Source: Nitrospirota bacterium (lineage in GTDB: Bacteria > Nitrospirota > UBA9217). Taken from it: a stretch of 64,000 nucleotides of DNA. Made by a program: the position numbers and the translations under genes. The stretch lies in assembly GCA_963751455.1 (NCBI GenBank), contig CAVVUN010000004.1, forward strand, positions 1 through 64,000, given 5' to 3'. The notes beneath the pieces are model-generated. The model saw only the letters and a program-made list of their open reading frames with translations. It did no database searches and was not told where the DNA came from. Of the stretch, positions 63,401 to 64,000 are shown one piece after another (the stretch's first letter is position 1; the number at the start of each line of letters is the position of its first letter).

Positions 63401-64000
63401 TGGCTTAAACAGCTAGATTTGGGGATTGAAAGTCAGGTTCTGGCGATGGGGTATCAACCTAAATGGTCGCCTGATGGTCGAAATCTGGCGTTTTCTTATT
63501 TTGATAACTCTGGAATATGGCATCTTGGTATTTACAACATACAAACAACATCATCAAAACCGCTTACAGGCGACTCAGCCAGGGAATACGCACCTGTATG
63601 GTCGCCCGACGGGACAAAAATAGCGTTTCAGAGTAACAGAAACGGGAATAATGATATTTGGATAAAAGACCTTGTTACAGATACTATAACACCAGTCATT
63701 TTGAGTGAAACGTATAAATATGGACAAGAATTTTCGCCGGAAGGAAATCTACTTGCATATTTCGATCAGGGGAACCTCTATGTGATTGATCTTAAAAGCG
63801 GCGGTACAATTCTCATTGACGATAACGCAAGCGGGTCTGTTGCATGGTCTCCTGACGGGAAAGCGGTCTCTTTTGTGTCATACAGGGATGGCTTCGGAGA
63901 TGTTTACACGTTCCAGTTGGAAACCGGCAGCAGGGTCAAGGTGGTAAGTATAGAAACCTATGATCTAGATGTGTATCCCATTATTTGGGCACATGGCGGG
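51500..64000 (+). CDS. Giant secreted multidomain protein (>4167 aa, 3' end outside window): HEXXH peptidase, QW-repeat barrel, CARDB x4, FlgD-Ig x4, beta-propellers, FN3, discoidin-like
   Basis: ATG 51500 after GGAGGAG; signal peptide; NHELLHRWG (~51980); QNSDGGWG/QNPDGGFG; PDL…VDP…E..E.NN CARDB units; SPNGDG.KD…WDG units; the same frame reads DLDVYPIIWAHGG at the window end; I spot-checked the frame and the ORF track lists no long + ORF with a stop here. Confidence 0.88.
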   Translation, partial: MNRQSATSYKILVFFLISLLSLAVAHDSSAQDFTALSLGDYGNVTVMEVTGNYDAINPDGTQNTAAREAIAKELYRLHKDEYDFLVLFSNFPYQLPATDIEGFYIPVKNDTQGIGVEPFDNTSFFGSNGTLQGIVEMGNIGSYVTDPLDPKFEETLYVLNHELLHRWGAYVKFKDSAGNLSTALLGRENSHWSYLLNSYGSVMLGNQWQDNGNGTFTSIAAQKYYSPLDLYLMGFIDKSKVPPMLLIDNPFIDPAKLPQVGATIAGTSRYVTIDDIIAAAGPRVPAASTSQKSFKIGFILVTTPGAFTGNEIYGIENIRNGEITRFSVLTDGKSIIEIASTPKEDLPTNPGVLPPTTTPRTLPPNIEDGINWLVSNQQLDGSWTDDANTIERDTSQAVRVLKDFAVAQQNYQSGLAWLAGVVPDNADYLAKKIETLAVSGQDVLALVQQLLAIQNSDGGWGKGKDYWSNPADTALALKALSYGGYSDQQIISKAIGYLKSQQNPDGGWGSEDKGGMVQETSNVLSAFNAYRTSYQLEDAISLGTSWLIAKQNPDGGFGNSPSTVYDTANALLTLQELNASADVTYNALSYLFSQQSENGSWNNSTFQTALAVLAVYKSTVDPDLSIKSEDITIIPETIRSLPSNIVINANIWNLGRTAVPQARVVLYEGDPSTGSGRVGEQTLAFPGQSSTAVTFFATARDGNEHRFYIVIDPENEVKEPNKLNNSAVKVLYPEATYDFEILSSDVTVSANTVNMQQDVTLTAKITNKGTMNAYNVQVRYFIDEPGAPFEIGTKTLDIPANGSVTDTFTWRANKAGANLPVSVQADPFDNFGELSETNNKGAATLTVNSATRPNLVISYSDLVITPSPANEGGNATISALIKNEGLSTANNILVNFYKGVPGADGVVLGNSTIPSLAQGQSTTVSFNWTNIQEVGEKVVYVRVDPDSRIAEIREDDNDAFTILNILSLPDLVVSDNSITITPAFPKDGDSASITVTIQNSGMQAAQNVIVNLVEGNTTIGSTTVPLISGASQADATFAFETAGKTGTHQLTIEVDPGNNIVEKSKDNNAAAKTIIVQDADFWLSEQYISPNGDGVKDNTQLSFRFNAPQTVRVVVIDSAGETVRTFNGSGLTNVQEGNIIWDGLDDNGMVVADGQYQLKVLDASNTTVNSALVTVDNNQSPLTDALGTEYLTTKNVSCNLRNLWEGFWHWMPDDSGLVFSVDYDPYSSPKYYEGIYIMSPDGLDIQRLVPWDWQWKASDTNKRYNSYIPHVSPDGTRIAFTADHISSSTNELWIVDVDGKNQTLVDQNVYDDYIWTVGPVYVKWSPDSKYLIYFKANNSIYDLWIVNAQTMERRKIEASVATWFVEWSPDSKRIAYGRFTGSYNSFEAKIADAAALTITNTAITTQEMFWLNTDKLILTTPQNTLWLVDATVGGNTIMLPYSINAGDSFMKSVFIAPDRQHFAFQNDHSDETNYLYVSDSEGNVSIVHEFDYPYQRLEYSSYSLSYIGWSLNSKNLFFLETTYDSKLGYPQTLHYVDMTAKTEKTFGFKSITDDWVRYYNPVTFEALPGDQLLIAVNGDSYYVLDAKTGQSSLLVSYPTDILYKKLVSPLGHYIAYHQWDDTSYGCVNNYSALHIISSLLNLTADLRAAKGTSSVILKGIAADLNFDSYQLEYTDAGNPGAWNLIAPPSNFPVLNDVFTTWVPPYKGSFYVRLTVRDKAGNTAISRKKVSWGLSSSITNLSKSLEIFSPNGDGVKDTVELHYKVLEPVHLEFDVYDENKRLLKTLYKDHASPAEDYISWDGTDQSGISVPDGSYTISVFDYVFFVVVDNTPPDVTIALGKISATEYHKEPYKLFVNLNSHAYDDNFRNWTIEYGEGDNPQTWHTLLSNDSPLGKRDEQGNLIKPIEDTTVKSYWGTDIGWLKRKKLRISGEDSAGNKHTAITEFVEEKFVFYAWDNGVLQPDIDIPANSVRPGPHTIGSFETIRSSIAGITVQYLADDGHWHDSQAAVNSEAGSLKLQWDTSTLQQDLYVVRLKAVDISGRVYYSSEIGTSSMFAIKSPLCSRQLAANNFVREKLSVLKLQVKSNEDANYPVWTDFKIFDAAKGDVIPEGRLTFLPPIVFVGIKYDVRMVGTGESGKAYISDPTGYPPRCPIKITLDVSPKIADCGSLSNSSVLRSIIEYDGTLSNVALKTLSYYLETGQGLQLLYKIDNAISLNNSATIDTSSLTEGSYTVKAVLNYTDLDDNTPYDVSSEPAALIIDKTLPTAHLTYPSNSVRICPVKISFEDGEKYVIPLEGIADDTDRISQYDVYYNTGEDTVEWSHTGVWGPSSKTGTLGEWDITNVVESDFSLKLKVVDKAGNSTCATAAFSTDTAIEITSLSINRELFSPNDDSVADEAWADYQVDEYAAIDAKAFKLVKAAGGNYTLDAAPVRTIVSGAQHVGGIGTVSWDGKDDAGSIVPDGHYGVAVTAIDTCGNAAQKWETVEVDNTPPTTEIGYPQPGAPVGNVIEVKGTAFDVHFQNFTLEAGADDNPDTWSSISSNGKPVTNNILGTWNTFGLSGKWTLRLSATDNVGNKNESRVVVDLGARKNLIKSLSASPSLFSPNGDGKLDTVTIQYELTDTSDVTIEIITPDNLVRKVHTISTVAAGVSTWTWNGTDEAGVVLPDNAYEMRLTAALSSMSEFNQTESITVSIDTTPPTVDMQQPVANSFVRNDITVTGSISDLNIAEYSVSYAGPSGAVQVDEGSQERVNHAFAIINDLPDGTYTLNLKAKDIGENAAEKNITFTVDRTAPVLTLNTPKDGGYYGGENAVITISGAIDEKNLDTYSLRYGTGEDPSEWTELTGGTVTPPDQQLFTWDVGPNSGLSDELYTVSLLVVDKAGSASDARAKLTIDNTMPIVSITSPEQGALFTAATEIAGTAYDQNLEKYTVEMSKGQCFDAYQWSAIKTGSSSVQNSVLVLWQALPLDGVYCLRTTVFDKAGNSAEAKVDVNVDINPPPAPILSGAIENRTNVRLSWASEADSGLSYNVYRDGVRINQSAITQASYIDLNLAEGLYVYTVKAVDFAGLESGLSNQIPVKIDLTGPDARIQVPQDGSRVSGIVDIKGTAYSADDFRLYRVSVSSGSTPVSWMLLRTSPLPITYGVLAQWDTLSVSEGLYSFKLEAEDTAGNMTSKQITVSVDNTPPARPSLLSAVPSGSNVTITWQSNTEQDLAGYLLYRNDQLVNATGIAIGDLKPYLISGVTYLDRSVSDGVSGYYLVAMDQAGNTSDPSNIIQVNIDSRSPVATITNPVNLSAFDGKTLIQADSPDSDIASVQFQYKRSTASVWVNLGSAAVARPYAVHLDPSRNGLTYGDYNVRAVAKDIAGKTDAAPSYITVTYKDITSPAVPNGVTVQTIGNSNTVTWNACTETDLAGYNVYRTSGGTRIKINTTIVQQAVYQDSSLADGEYSYEVTAIDAIANESNPSNAVSTKIYAPILQQPETYTEKGNLQILGGNAAPNAIVEIFVNNGDGPFLKGSTDSDGEGNFTFVAALQPGDNTITARASDAGNISRDSDAVYILYNAPPAAPTGLTATNQNFDVMLSWDPNSEQDIVGYNVYRKSEKIIFPDAKATGTASASSTSEPYVSFSPSMALDDDLWSMWLSKASFYTFSPVSWEVDFGEHEFINHIEITWYIAMYSGRDYEIQFWNNSEWITQIKVIANNSEINYYDIEPTFATSKVRIYITDTNYPYSTKYVAIRDIQIKKQDFVKQTLFKDLNLPDGQYQYTVTAVDRYGLESAHSNQVNIGVGDVTPPSAPTNLSAMASDSDIILTWSASPQSDVVGYNIFRGTTSGGPYTKINTTLIDTNNYLDTSKTTSIYRYYVASAVDAVGNESAFSSEAFVTIVDNEAPEKPVIYEPAISGMPVTLQSSTTTISGFTEAAASVELFRDDVSQGKVLSSEKPSIQQVTIPLDAYSAALSPDENIVAYVRQGALWLKQLDLGIESQVLAMGYQPKWSPDGRNLAFSYFDNSGIWHLGIYNIQTTSSKPLTGDSAREYAPVWSPDGTKIAFQSNRNGNNDIWIKDLVTDTITPVILSETYKYGQEFSPEGNLLAYFDQGNLYVIDLKSGGTILIDDNASGSVAWSPDGKAVSFVSYRDGFGDVYTFQLETGSRVKVVSIETYDLDVYPIIWAHGG

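Overview
Bacterial chromosomal window with all supported genes on the + strand. The gene content suggests a Gram-negative organism, possibly Nitrospirota/Desulfobacterota-like (inference only). Positions 1-29.8 kb are mostly housekeeping and surface genes: 3' part of dnaB, two TPR+cNMP-binding proteins, MEMO1/AmrB, a sigma54-type minor-pilin operon (FimT-like x2, PilV, PilW, PilX, 1834-aa PilY1), an Ig-domain protein, maf, an atypical LuxR-family regulator followed by a candidate sRNA, an M48 peptidase, an RsbU-RsbW fusion plus STAS protein, mlaEFD, hisS, a metallophosphoesterase, a phosphohexomutase, a frameshifted enolase and a zincin-like protein. Positions 29.9-64 kb hold two tandem paralogous copies of an uncharacterised secreted-protein locus. 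Each copy has a ~2200-aa transglutaminase/Ig/nucleotide-pyrophosphatase (NPP) protein, 1-2 secreted ~295-aa partners, a PilP-like protein, and a giant HEXXH-peptidase/QW-barrel/CARDB/FlgD-Ig/FN3/beta-propeller protein. In copy B the giant gene is >4167 aa, runs off the window and is absent from the ORF track. In copy A it is truncated next to a six-repeat zinc-ribbon gene. Small repeats are common: heptamer arrays (several in frame inside genes), long periodic hairpins, and a ~43-bp element that inserts into other repeats and into itself. No rRNA, tRNA, CRISPR array, integrase or transposase was recognised.
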